Source: a virus (lineage: Duplodnaviria; Caudoviricetes). Taken from it: 64,000 nt of DNA. The stretch spans positions 11,383 through 75,382 of the IMG/VR virus record IMGVR_UViG_3300016472_000447; one strand, written 5' to 3'. How positions within the stretch are numbered: the stretch's first letter is position 1; each line of letters begins with the position of its first letter. A program made the translations under genes and the position numbers. Below are positions 34,510 to 44,283 of the stretch, piece after piece. A model generated the notes under the pieces. The model did not search any database, was not told the DNA's origin, and was given only the letters and a program-made list of their open reading frames with translations.

Positions 34510-36221
34510 TTTACTATCCTAGAAAAATTTTGTTGTTTCTCAAACTTAATAACGCTCCTAAACTTGTCAAATAACAAATCTCCTTTATGAGAGATAACAA
34601 ATACATTTGTTTCTTCACCTAAAGTATTTAACAGATTCATTACATAATCTGTACCGTTAGCATCCAACGAAGAGTCAAAAACCTCATCAAGTAACAGAAG
34701 ATTTGTGCTAGCACAATTCTTCATCTTAGCAATAGTTCTCCAAGTGAAAAGCAATGCGAGATCAATCCTCTGTTTTTCCCCTTCACTAAAAGAAGCATAC
34801 GAAAATTCATCACGATGTCTAGATTTAATAACTTCATTAAATGTTTCATCTAGTTCAAAATGACAAAAGAAGTCCATTGCTGCTAGATATTTATTTACTA
34901 GTTTATTAATTACTGGTAAGTATTGTTTAATAATTTTAGTTTTAATGCCGGAATCTTTAAGTAAAATACTAACAATATCTAAGTAATGTTTATCTTGGGA
35001 GTATCCGCTTTTGGTTTCAGCCAGTGCCATTGCATCTTTCGCCAATGCTTTTAGTTTAGTCTTCTCGTCAGAAATATTACCAGTATTTAAATTGGTTTCT
35101 TCTATTTCTTTTTGTAGCTTTTGTATATAATTCTGGCATGCAATAATATTTTGATTAAATTTGATAATATCATTGGTTAAGGATGATATATGATTTTTAA
35201 TTTCATTGATAATATTTAATCTAGATTGAATATCCTTTATCTGATTTGATAGATCAGATATCGCAGTATTAATTTCTTCTATCTTCGTATTATGTTTTAC
35301 TATATGTTCCTGTTTGATATCCTCAGATATAGCTTGACTACAAGTTGGACAATTATCGTGATTGCTATAAAACTCTATTTCTTTTTTAGCGTCGGCAATC
35401 TTATTGCTAAGTTTCTTCTGCAGTTCGGTTAATTTATAATGTTTAGATTCAAAATCTCCCTCTTCTATAATCTGTTCTTCTAAGTTTTCTATTTTTATTT
35501 GAAGTTTATTAATTTTTTCTTCATACTCAGAAATCTCAACATTTGTCGAAGTTATAATATTTGCAACATCATTTACTTTCTTTGTCTTATCATTTTCAAG
35601 AGTTTTAATATAATCTTGCTGAAGTTTTATCTTTTGCTTAGCTACTTCCAATTGAGTTTCAATATCGGTTATCGCAGTTTTATTTTCTTGTAATTTTTCC
35701 TTCAGAACACCATTCATTACTGTGAATATTTGGATATCCAAGATATCTTCGATAATTTCTCTTCGATGTCCGAGCGGAAGTTGCATGAAGGGAGTAAAAG
35801 ATGCCGAACCTAGTATAACGATCTGTGTGAAAGACTTATAATTTAATTTTAGTATGCTTTCTTCTAATAGTTTCTGATAATCTCTGGAAGCAGCATCTTG
35901 ATTAATAGGTTGATTGTCCACATATATCTCAAACACGCCAGGCTTCGTTCCTCGTACTACCCTATATTCTTTTTTGCCTATGGAGAATTCTACCTGAACC
36001 TCCATATTCTTTTGATTGATAGTGTTTACAAGTTGAGGTTTGTTGATATTTCGAAAAGGCTTATTAAACAATACAAAGCATAGGGCATCCAAAATCGTAC
36101 TTTTGCCCGAACCATTCTCACCTACGATAAGCGTGGTCGATGAATGGTCTAATTTTACTTCTGTGAAGTGTGCTCCGGTTGATAGGAAGTTACGCCATTT
36201 TATAGTTTTAAATCTAATCAT
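34506..36221 (-). CDS. 46: gp46 recombination endonuclease ATPase (Rad50-like)
   Basis: GENGSGKST, CPTC zinc hook, FSEGEKQRIDL, LLLDEVFD. Confidence 0.96.
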   Translation of the reverse strand: MIRFKTIKWRNFLSTGAHFTEVKLDHSSTTLIVGENGSGKSTILDALCFVLFNKPFRNINKPQLVNTINQKNMEVQVEFSIGKKEYRVVRGTKPGVFEIYVDNQPINQDAASRDYQKLLEESILKLNYKSFTQIVILGSASFTPFMQLPLGHRREIIEDILDIQIFTVMNGVLKEKLQENKTAITDIETQLEVAKQKIKLQQDYIKTLENDKTKKVNDVANIITSTNVEISEYEEKINKLQIKIENLEEQIIEEGDFESKHYKLTELQKKLSNKIADAKKEIEFYSNHDNCPTCSQAISEDIKQEHIVKHNTKIEEINTAISDLSNQIKDIQSRLNIINEIKNHISSLTNDIIKFNQNIIACQNYIQKLQKEIEETNLNTGNISDEKTKLKALAKDAMALAETKSGYSQDKHYLDIVSILLKDSGIKTKIIKQYLPVINKLVNKYLAAMDFFCHFELDETFNEVIKSRHRDEFSYASFSEGEKQRIDLALLFTWRTIAKMKNCASTNLLLLDEVFDSSLDANGTDYVMNLLNTLGEETNVFVISHKGDLLFDKFRSVIKFEKQQNFSRIVK

Positions 36222-37273
36222 ACTTCCTCATAGTGTTGGGCTTCAACATATAATGTCTTAAGAATCGTTTTTAATTTTTCTTTATCAACATCTGTTTCGA
36301 TACTTTCAACATAATTAGATAGTAATGTCATAGTATCTTCTAAGTCAATAGTTTCATCCAATGCTTCAGTTTCAAACTCAGAAAAATCTTCAACTATCTT
36401 TAATTCTAAAGGATTTACTTTATAGATGTTGTCTATAAATTTATCGAATCTATAAAAGTCTTTCTTATTGATAACTATAACTTTAACTAACTTAGAACGA
36501 AATTCCTCAGTATCAAACTTCAGAGGATCTTCTTTCTCATCGTCATAGTAATATTTGGCAAATATAGTATTAGGATTTTTTATAAATTCTAAATCTAACG
36601 TTTCTGTATCTAGTATATGAAATCCTCGATTGTCCTCATAGTCATTCCAAAACATATGATATGGATTGCCGAGGTAATGGATATTGCCCTTAGTGCTTTT
36701 ATGGTGGAAATGTCCAGAGCCCACAAACTTAAAATTTTTAAATACTGTTGGATCCATACCATCGTGATTCTCTTGTCCTTTAAACATTGCGAATCCCGCA
36801 AGTTCTAAATGTCCAAGGCAAATATCTGCGGATGACTGTTCTATAACTTCCATGGTCTGCTTAAAATTATCAGCACATATCCAAGGAATCATACAGAAAT
36901 TGGTGTCGGCGAACACTACATTGCTTGGATCATCTAATACTTTAATGTTATTATAATCTTTTAAAAGCAAGTCCGGGGAATTTACATCATTAGTATTTTT
37001 AAAATATGTATCATGATTGCCTGCAAGCATCAGACATTTGATGTTTAATATTTTCAAACGATCAAAGAAATATTCTCTACAAGATTTCAAAGTTTGATAA
37101 TTGATATATTTTCTTCTATCAAACGTATCACCCAAATGTATAATATGGGTAATGTCCCTAGATTTTAAAGTGGGAAAAAATACTTCCTCATAGAACTTTT
37201 TGAAGTATAAATCAAATGGTTGCGAATCTGATCTAGCACCAAAGTGTGTATCAGTTATTAATGCTATTTTCAT
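36218..37273 (-). CDS. 47: gp47 recombination nuclease (Mre11-like)
   Basis: ITDTHFG, LGDTFD, AGNHD, GHFH. Confidence 0.95.
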   Translation of the reverse strand: MKIALITDTHFGARSDSQPFDLYFKKFYEEVFFPTLKSRDITHIIHLGDTFDRRKYINYQTLKSCREYFFDRLKILNIKCLMLAGNHDTYFKNTNDVNSPDLLLKDYNNIKVLDDPSNVVFADTNFCMIPWICADNFKQTMEVIEQSSADICLGHLELAGFAMFKGQENHDGMDPTVFKNFKFVGSGHFHHKSTKGNIHYLGNPYHMFWNDYEDNRGFHILDTETLDLEFIKNPNTIFAKYYYDDEKEDPLKFDTEEFRSKLVKVIVINKKDFYRFDKFIDNIYKVNPLELKIVEDFSEFETEALDETIDLEDTMTLLSNYVESIETDVDKEKLKTILKTLYVEAQHYEEV

Positions 37274-37457
37274 TACGAAATCTTTCTATTTCGTCCTTAA
37301 GGGCAAGTTTCTTTTTCTTCAAACCTGTCACTAAACTATCATCTTTATAATTTTTTATAGCATCATTTATCTGTTTGTCCAAATCATTATGTAGTTCTTG
37401 CAGATGTGATATGTGTCTTTCAAGCCTCGTAGATTGCGGAATTACCTGCATGTTCAA
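37251..37457 (-). CDS. DUF465/YdcH-like coiled-coil protein
   Basis: HNDLDKQI...LKKKKLALKDEI. Confidence 0.65.
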   Translation of the reverse strand: MNMQVIPQSTRLERHISHLQELHNDLDKQINDAIKNYKDDSLVTGLKKKKLALKDEIERFRNENSINN

Positions 37458-37884
37458 ATACCTCCATAGATTTAACTCGTACAGTCGAATTTAATGCCCT
37501 ACCGTCGGCAATATTATTTTCTAATATCTCTTTCATCTTATTGAAAGCCATCTCAGCAAATCGTTCGCAGCCGACCCCATCTACTACCCTTACATCTGCA
37601 ATATGCCTCGGAAGGCTTATCAATAGATTATACTCAGGATCATCCTTGGCAATTACTAATGTATGATCAAATGCCTCGTCAAGCCATTTTTTAAAACTTT
37701 TCAATCCTCCGAAATCCATCACCCAATTTCGTTCATCTAAAGTATCACATTCAAAAATAACTCGAAATCCGAGACTATAACCATGTAACAAAGAACAATG
37801 AGAGTGAGTGCTTCGCCACTGCCTAAAACAACAACTTAAACCTCTATCATTACCATATGTTTTTGTAGAATAAAATTTCGCCAC
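37420..37884 (-). CDS. queD: 6-carboxy-5,6,7,8-tetrahydropterin synthase
   Basis: SHCSLLHGY, WVMDFG, FDH, VFEH; T-fold; GTG start. Confidence 0.9.
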   Translation of the reverse strand: MAKFYSTKTYGNDRGLSCCFRQWRSTHSHCSLLHGYSLGFRVIFECDTLDERNWVMDFGGLKSFKKWLDEAFDHTLVIAKDDPEYNLLISLPRHIADVRVVDGVGCERFAEMAFNKMKEILENNIADGRALNSTVRVKSMEVFEHAGNSAIYEA

Positions 37885-37925
37885 CTCTTGCCTCCCTTGA
37901 GTAAGTTTGATGACATGCAGAATAT

Positions 37926-38984
37926 TTAAAGAGGGTTGAATGTCCCTAGACCTCTATAAGTTTTACACGTATACCAATAGTACAAATCTTCAACTATATC
38001 TTTCATTTCCTTTTTAGGTTTCCATGAAGTATCTTTTTGCAGCTTACTAGAATCTGCGATTAAAATTGCAGGATCTCCTTCTCTCGGATTATCTGCAATA
38101 AATTTGATTCCTGTTTCAATATCTTTTTCATATAGTAATTGTTCTTCTACTGCATAGAAAACATCGAAGTTAGAATATCCTTCTCGGGAACCTATATTAT
38201 ATATCCCTGAGATATTTTCCTCAATAGCTATTACATGGGCGTTTGCTATATCCTCAACATGAATATAGTCTCTGACACATGTCCCATCCTCAGTAGGATA
38301 ATTTATACCATTCATAACAAAGTTTGAGTTATTCAACCCTGCCTCAAAAACTCTAGCAAAGATATGGGTGGCATCAGGTTCCTGCCCATGCGAACTTAAT
38401 TGATCTGCCCCGCATGCATTAAAATATCTGAAAGAGACATAATTTAAATTATATGCCCTAGAATATGCTGCTAATACTTTTTCAATCATTAGTTTACTAT
38501 CACCATACGGTGATATGGGATTTGTAGGATGAGACTCATCTATAGTTTGAACGGGCAGCCCATATACAGATGCGCTACTACTAAATATAAACTTAGTTTC
38601 TATAGAAGTATTTTTCAATACATTCAAATAGTTTATTGTCTTTTGAACATTATTATAAAAGTATGTCTCGGGATCTTTGATGCTAGGACCAACTAAACTT
38701 GTACCAGCGCAATGTATAATAGCAACGGGTTTATGATCTCGTATCAACTTATGAGATAGATAAGAATCAAAATCATCTTTAAGGAAAATATCATGATATG
38801 GATCAAGATGAGGTCTATGCCGTTTATCTACACCGATTACAAAATAACCTTTGGATTTTAACTCAATGCAGATTTGACCGCCGATATATCCGGCGGCACC
38901 TGTTACTATTACTTTCTTAGTATTTAGCATGGGTAATGTGCTCACGGTATTTAACATAATTTCTGAAAGATCTTCCGTCATCAT
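37926..38984 (-). CDS. galE: UDP-glucose 4-epimerase (likely start 38930)
   Basis: VTGAAGYIGG, FSSSASVYG, SPYGDSK, RYFNACGA, DGTCVRDYIHV. Confidence 0.9.
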   Translation of the reverse strand: MMTEDLSEIMLNTVSTLPMLNTKKVIVTGAAGYIGGQICIELKSKGYFVIGVDKRHRPHLDPYHDIFLKDDFDSYLSHKLIRDHKPVAIIHCAGTSLVGPSIKDPETYFYNNVQKTINYLNVLKNTSIETKFIFSSSASVYGLPVQTIDESHPTNPISPYGDSKLMIEKVLAAYSRAYNLNYVSFRYFNACGADQLSSHGQEPDATHIFARVFEAGLNNSNFVMNGINYPTEDGTCVRDYIHVEDIANAHVIAIEENISGIYNIGSREGYSNFDVFYAVEEQLLYEKDIETGIKFIADNPREGDPAILIADSSKLQKDTSWKPKKEMKDIVEDLYYWYTCKTYRGLGTFNPL

Positions 38985-40086
38985 GATCCATCATAATATC
39001 TAAACACCGATCAATAGTGCCACTTGTCCAATCACTGAGCTTACCCAAATTATTATTAGGTTCAGATAATGCTTTGTTTAGTTTTTCAATAGCATCTTCT
39101 TGACTCCAAGGAACATACAGTCTAGTATGATCATTAGCAAAAGTTTCCGGAAAACTTCTATATGCGGGATATACGCAGTTAGTTCCTAATGCATCTGCTT
39201 CAGATGCAGTATTACTGACCCAATCTTGTAAAGCACAATTAAATAATACTCTACTATTAGAAAGTAAACAATAGTATTCGTTCTTCTTCAAATTCTGATA
39301 AATTTTCAACTTACCTTGTTCTTCAAGTTCTCTTGCTCGTAATAAGACTCCGTCATCATTACTCCGTAAAGGACCACCAGATACAACTGCAAATTCTGTA
39401 GGTGAAGCATAGAGCTCATGATATTTTTCAATAATATCCATGAACCAATGCGGTTGCTTTTCTTGATCAAATCTAGCAGCAAAAACAACTCGCCGAGGGC
39501 GATCAAAGAAATATGGAATATTAGTTACCCTGCTTTGAACTTCTTCTTTATCAAAAGCAAGCCCTGAGATATTATGAATAGGAGCATCCCATCCGGCAAT
39601 CCTCATATGGGCAACCATCTCCTCATTTGATGCCAATACACTTACCCAGGGTAGTAACATCTGCTCATACTTTCGCATCCAATCGTCCATACGCCAGACA
39701 TGAAGGAAATCGTCAGGATCGATAGTTTGAGCCAAACATCTAACATATACATCTGGTCTTTGTTCTAAGCATTGATTCATAATATAAGGCAAGGACTCTA
39801 TACCGGGGGTAAACATATCTTCAAAGAAAATAGCATCCTCAGAACTTACTTCGCCGTTCTTCATCTTTTGAACAAGCCTAGCCATCTGTGTCAAAGAATA
39901 ATATGATCTACCATGAGCATCCAGAACCTGCCCAGTTACAATTGCTTTAGAATTATCCAAAGTATCACCATGAATAATCTCATAATTAACACCTCGACGC
40001 TTAAATACTTTTTCGCTCCATTGCTCTAACTGAAGTGTGTATCTCCCCTCATATGGTTCTAGACCCATATACCATAATTTTCTCAT
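38917..40086 (-). CDS. GT-B glycosyltransferase in the deazaguanine cluster
   Basis: FAARFDQEKQP; QDWVSNTASEADALG (donor-binding helix region). Confidence 0.7.
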   Translation of the reverse strand: MRKLWYMGLEPYEGRYTLQLEQWSEKVFKRRGVNYEIIHGDTLDNSKAIVTGQVLDAHGRSYYSLTQMARLVQKMKNGEVSSEDAIFFEDMFTPGIESLPYIMNQCLEQRPDVYVRCLAQTIDPDDFLHVWRMDDWMRKYEQMLLPWVSVLASNEEMVAHMRIAGWDAPIHNISGLAFDKEEVQSRVTNIPYFFDRPRRVVFAARFDQEKQPHWFMDIIEKYHELYASPTEFAVVSGGPLRSNDDGVLLRARELEEQGKLKIYQNLKKNEYYCLLSNSRVLFNCALQDWVSNTASEADALGTNCVYPAYRSFPETFANDHTRLYVPWSQEDAIEKLNKALSEPNNNLGKLSDWTSGTIDRCLDIMMDHDDGRSFRNYVKYREHITHAKY

Positions 40087-40469
40087 TTCAAATCATCCTT
40101 TACATACCATGTAGGTGTAATATCCCTAGAATATTCTAGCACCGCACCGTTTTCATCATCTTCATATACTCGAACAGTTATATCTCTTGCGGGATATTCT
40201 TCAACTATATATTGAATCAATTCTTCTGCCAGCATCTCGCAAGATTTATAATCTGCGTCTAAGGTATTTTTACTATATAGGGTTTCCAATTCTCTTTTCA
40301 ACAGAATAAATTCAACATCTCTGTCATTGTGAAATACTTCCAATTTAACATAAAAATGGAAGATATGCCGATGCGGATGCTGTAAAAATTCTACCCCCGC
40401 AGGGGCATCCGGATATCTATGTATACCTTCTTTTTGAAAAGAAACTTCGATCCAACGTTTAATCTTCAT
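40083..40469 (-). CDS. QueD-like T-fold protein, DpdL-like (candidate CDG decarboxylase)
   Basis: LQHPHRHIF fits LxxxHRHxF; SCEMLAE; VYEDDENGA; a second QueD paralog in the same cluster. Confidence 0.65.
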   Translation of the reverse strand: MKIKRWIEVSFQKEGIHRYPDAPAGVEFLQHPHRHIFHFYVKLEVFHNDRDVEFILLKRELETLYSKNTLDADYKSCEMLAEELIQYIVEEYPARDITVRVYEDDENGAVLEYSRDITPTWYVKDDLK

Positions 40470-41749
40470 GCGAATAAATCCTCAAGTGAAACGGGAGCAA
40501 CATCGTTAACCGATTCCGAATCCATAAACTTACCTACGTGTTTTTCCCAGTATAAAAAGTCATCGATATTTTTAACATCAAAAAGTGTCGCATATTCGTT
40601 CTCACACTTTTTATCTCTACAGAAACGTAAAAACTCATCTTTATTAGTCATTAGAGCTTCTACATCCTTAGTAAAATTATGCACATTGGTTAGAATAAAT
40701 GCAAGTCTTGCTCGCATCACATCAATAAACTTACCGCCATTCTCAACATACTCACCCACAGAAATATTCATAAGTTTATGAAATTCTTTGGCAGTCATTT
40801 CTGTGCCACAAACAGTATTAATTTCTTCAGTAACAGTATTGTATATATTTGAAAATGGTCTACCCATCTTTACTGAGGAACCACCATATCCATTTCCGGT
40901 CTTTTTATAGTATGAAAAATAAAATAGTCCATTATCCAAAGACATGGAATGAGTAGTAGAGTCATACGAAATCGCAATATTCTCATATAGATTAGTCTGA
41001 GAGAATAAAAGATATGGAAGCATTCTTTTCAAAGCACCAACACCCAATACGTGCAAATGAAAAGGTCTTTCAAATGGTAACAGATTGACGTAAAATGCCC
41101 GTTTCACATCTTCTAATTGCCCCATGCCTAATGCTGCTGATCCCATAGCAACACCGCCGATTTTATCTTTCAGATCACCGACTTCTTCTAAAATATAATT
41201 TGTCCATGCTGCGTATGTTTCATGGCAGGCACCATGTGCGATAACAAAAGGCCTACAATTACTTTTTAACTCCACATACTTTTCAATCTGAGTTCTAACA
41301 TTCTTGCCCGTCTGTCGAGCATAATTCTCAAAGTTGTCTCGATCAAAGTATCTGCGCTTAGTATCGATCTTCGAAGAAGTTCCATCTGCACCTGTAGCCC
41401 GTACAGGTATCTCATCAAAGCACATGCCAATGTCTGCATACGTTGCTTGATTTTCAAAAACCCTGTCTCTGGTTTCCGGGGTATTTGGAAGCCCCCTAGT
41501 AATGATCTGAAGTCCCCCAGAGTCCGCGTGTATATTCTTAATTGCTGGTCGATACTTCTGCAATTTCTTACCAAAGTTCTTTTCCGTAAATCCGTTGTAT
41601 AACAATGAAAATTCATGGCTATTTTTATTGTGGACTGTCTTGAGAATCATATTATTAATCATCTCAAGTGTTTCGGGATCATTACAGGGGTCTGCACCGA
41701 GCCTAAGATATGCCGGCCCGGATATAACGTATTCTAATATTTTACTCAT
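40466..41749 (-). CDS. dpdA: TGT/DpdA-like guanine transglycosylase
   Basis: HADSGGLQ (catalytic DSGGxQ), MCFDEIP, GGVAMG, HVLGVG, ISYDST follow the TGT motif order. Confidence 0.75.
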   Translation of the reverse strand: MSKILEYVISGPAYLRLGADPCNDPETLEMINNMILKTVHNKNSHEFSLLYNGFTEKNFGKKLQKYRPAIKNIHADSGGLQIITRGLPNTPETRDRVFENQATYADIGMCFDEIPVRATGADGTSSKIDTKRRYFDRDNFENYARQTGKNVRTQIEKYVELKSNCRPFVIAHGACHETYAAWTNYILEEVGDLKDKIGGVAMGSAALGMGQLEDVKRAFYVNLLPFERPFHLHVLGVGALKRMLPYLLFSQTNLYENIAISYDSTTHSMSLDNGLFYFSYYKKTGNGYGGSSVKMGRPFSNIYNTVTEEINTVCGTEMTAKEFHKLMNISVGEYVENGGKFIDVMRARLAFILTNVHNFTKDVEALMTNKDEFLRFCRDKKCENEYATLFDVKNIDDFLYWEKHVGKFMDSESVNDVAPVSLEDLFA

Positions 41750-43104
41750 GCAAATAAGCTTTCTAAAGAGGTATCTTCTTTTTCCTCGGGTATAAAATTT
41801 TTGTCTTTTGATAGATAGGTATCAGTATCAGTATATATTGTATAGAATTTATACTTGTTTGTCAATACAGAACGGATATCATCCATAGAAATATCTTTTC
41901 GTCCCAGCGAAATTAAAAATTCTTTGTATCTTGTAGTATACTTCTCATTTATTTTCGCTCGTTCACTATTGGATTCTGCGGGTTTAAATGAATCAAAACA
42001 TTGCAACCATTTTTGAATACCATTCTCGTGCATCCTTTTTACATAATCTAAAGCGCCAGTATCATACCACTTGGATATATCAGAATTATATAGTTTAGTT
42101 ATAACATCATTTACTTTATCTTTTGATGCTGCTATATAATACTTTGAATCAAAATTTTCAATCCAAGACATACCCTTTAATACTACGGTCGGCATATGTC
42201 CCATGGTCTCATAAAAAGCTAGACCAAAACTTTCCCGGATAGCAGGATTATATGCGACTCGTGCAGAGGTTATAAAGTCCACCTTTTCCTGCCCAACAAT
42301 ACCTGTCTTTATGTAGAAATCTGCACCTATTTCTTCCATCGCCTTTTCGAATTTCTTAGCACCATTTGCATTAGTGATTATCTTCGCGGGCAACTTAGTT
42401 TCGGCAATCATCTTAACAAATGCTTCTGGATTTTTCCTAGGTTCCCATCTACCGATCCAAAGTACTCCCGATCTTTCTTTTATATGTTTATTTAATAGAT
42501 CAGCCTCGGTCATAGGCAAAGGCAAACACCTCGCAGAAGGATATCTTTTAAGTAACTCAGTTTCATTGCGCATGGTTTGTGTCCCGATATAGATGTTCGG
42601 TACATTCAATAAAGCATTGAAATATTCATTGAAGGATTCAGTAAATTCATTCTTCCACGATCTATCATCCAAAAACACCATACTTTCATTGTGTGTATAG
42701 TAAATTATTTGACAGTGCCTATGTAAATTCAAACAATACACTGCGGGAAACGATTCTAAAGTATTGCATATAACAATGTCATACAAATTCTCTTTCAATG
42801 CCCTTAGCATTGAATTACGAAAATTTATTGTCTTTTCTAAATTATAAGAATCCTCAAACATGAAGGCTTTAGTATGATCCGTATATGCCGAGACATATTC
42901 GGGATATACAAAGTTCGCTCCGAGATCTTCTAAGAGTTTTTTGTATTCAATATTAGAGGTGGGCTTGTCGGATATAATATCAATCTTATATCCCAACGGA
43001 GTAAAATTTTCTATGAAACTTTTAGCAAACTGACCAAGCCCACCGTGCGGAATAGTATGTTGATCACTTAAACAAAAAGCAATTCTTTTACTATAAGTCT
43101 TCAC
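41746..43104 (-). CDS. GT4-family glycosyltransferase
   Basis: WIGRWEPRKNP and RESFGLAFYE (E-x7-E). Confidence 0.82.
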   Translation of the reverse strand: MKTYSKRIAFCLSDQHTIPHGGLGQFAKSFIENFTPLGYKIDIISDKPTSNIEYKKLLEDLGANFVYPEYVSAYTDHTKAFMFEDSYNLEKTINFRNSMLRALKENLYDIVICNTLESFPAVYCLNLHRHCQIIYYTHNESMVFLDDRSWKNEFTESFNEYFNALLNVPNIYIGTQTMRNETELLKRYPSARCLPLPMTEADLLNKHIKERSGVLWIGRWEPRKNPEAFVKMIAETKLPAKIITNANGAKKFEKAMEEIGADFYIKTGIVGQEKVDFITSARVAYNPAIRESFGLAFYETMGHMPTVVLKGMSWIENFDSKYYIAASKDKVNDVITKLYNSDISKWYDTGALDYVKRMHENGIQKWLQCFDSFKPAESNSERAKINEKYTTRYKEFLISLGRKDISMDDIRSVLTNKYKFYTIYTDTDTYLSKDKNFIPEEKEDTSLESLFA

Positions 43105-43794
43105 TTATTTTCCCATGCGCGCAATACTTAAGAATTCATTTCTAGCTGAAGGATCAGTTTTAAATCCTCCGCCCAATTTGGAAGTTACTGTAGAACTACC
43201 AACATCTTCAACACCCCTAGATTTTACACAATAATGCTGAGCATCAATCATCACAGCAACATCTTCAGTCTCAAGGATAAAGCACAATGCGTGAAAAATT
43301 TGTTCAGTCAAACGTTCTTGAATTTGAGGACGCTTACTGAAATATTCTACAATTCTATTTATCTTAGAAAGACCAAGCACCTTTTTCTTTGGAACATATG
43401 CAACAGTCGCCTTGCCGTCAATAACAACAAAGTGATGCTCACAGTTACTTTGTACATTGATATTTCTTTCAACAACCATTTCATTATATGCCATTTTATT
43501 TTCTACAGTTGTGCATTTCGGAAATGCTTCGAAATCCAAACCCCAGAAAATTTCATTCACATACATCTTTGCTACCCGATTGGGTGTCTCTGCTAAACTA
43601 TCATCTGTCAAATCTAATCCAAGCGCACCCATAATCTCTCGGAAATAGTTTTCAATAATATTGATTTTATCCTTACGATCCAATGGATAACCGAGAGACA
43701 TAGTATTGGTGGGTGTTTCTACACCTACTTCCACTAGATATTCATGAACTTTCAAACCAAGTTCAGGGTCTGTTTTTGTTTTATTGTATGACAT
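43105..43794 (-). CDS. folE: GTP cyclohydrolase I
   Basis: ETPNRVAKMY, SNCEHHF, GLSKINRIV, RPQIQERLT, HYCVKSRGV. Confidence 0.96.
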   Translation of the reverse strand: MSYNKTKTDPELGLKVHEYLVEVGVETPTNTMSLGYPLDRKDKINIIENYFREIMGALGLDLTDDSLAETPNRVAKMYVNEIFWGLDFEAFPKCTTVENKMAYNEMVVERNINVQSNCEHHFVVIDGKATVAYVPKKKVLGLSKINRIVEYFSKRPQIQERLTEQIFHALCFILETEDVAVMIDAQHYCVKSRGVEDVGSSTVTSKLGGGFKTDPSARNEFLSIARMGK

Positions 43795-43863
43795 TTTAGA
43801 ATCCTTCCTTACGCGGATATTGAAATTGAAGTTTGCTACCGTTGTGTAGCATAGTTATTTATA
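43795..43863 (-). promoter_or_regulatory. folE leader: TATAAATA (43856-43863), hairpin, and a weak RBS-overlapping stem
   Basis: TATAAATA-AC-TA-TGCTAC-ACAACG-GTAGCA...ATCC-GCGTAAGGAA-GGAT-TCTAAAATG. Confidence 0.5.
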
Positions 43864-44283
43864 TTTTTCCCACCAGAAATCTATGTAATTAGGATTTTCC
43901 TTTCTGCTAATCTTATATCCATAATAATCAGGAATAAAACTTTGATCACCATTGTAAATTAACACTGCGGTATGAATGAAACTATTTACGAAATTTTCTT
44001 TAATCGTTTGAAGTGTTTTGCCACTATCGCATATATCATCAACTAATAATATACGGTCATCAGAGCGCATTGTCAAGTTAAATAAATCACATTCCGGATA
44101 ATCTCTAGTTGACCATTTTAGTGTATCTAAAGGGATATTTAAAGCATGAGATATACATACTCCTAGAGGCAGGCCCCCTCGCAAAATAGCAACTACCCTA
44201 TCATACTTATAATGGCCTATTTTGATTGCAGAAATAATACATTGGGCGTCCTGTTCAAAATCATAATAAGAATAATTCATCAA
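43855..44283 (-). CDS. type I (purine) phosphoribosyltransferase
   Basis: VVAILRGG and ILLVDDICDSGKTL PRPP-binding loop. Confidence 0.85.
   Translation of the reverse strand: MMNYSYYDFEQDAQCIISAIKIGHYKYDRVVAILRGGLPLGVCISHALNIPLDTLKWSTRDYPECDLFNLTMRSDDRILLVDDICDSGKTLQTIKENFVNSFIHTAVLIYNGDQSFIPDYYGYKISRKENPNYIDFWWEKYK

Noticed and set aside
37885-37925. preQ1 riboswitch upstream of queD
   Set aside because: The spacer is only 41 nt, with no matching pseudoknot stem or A-rich tail.
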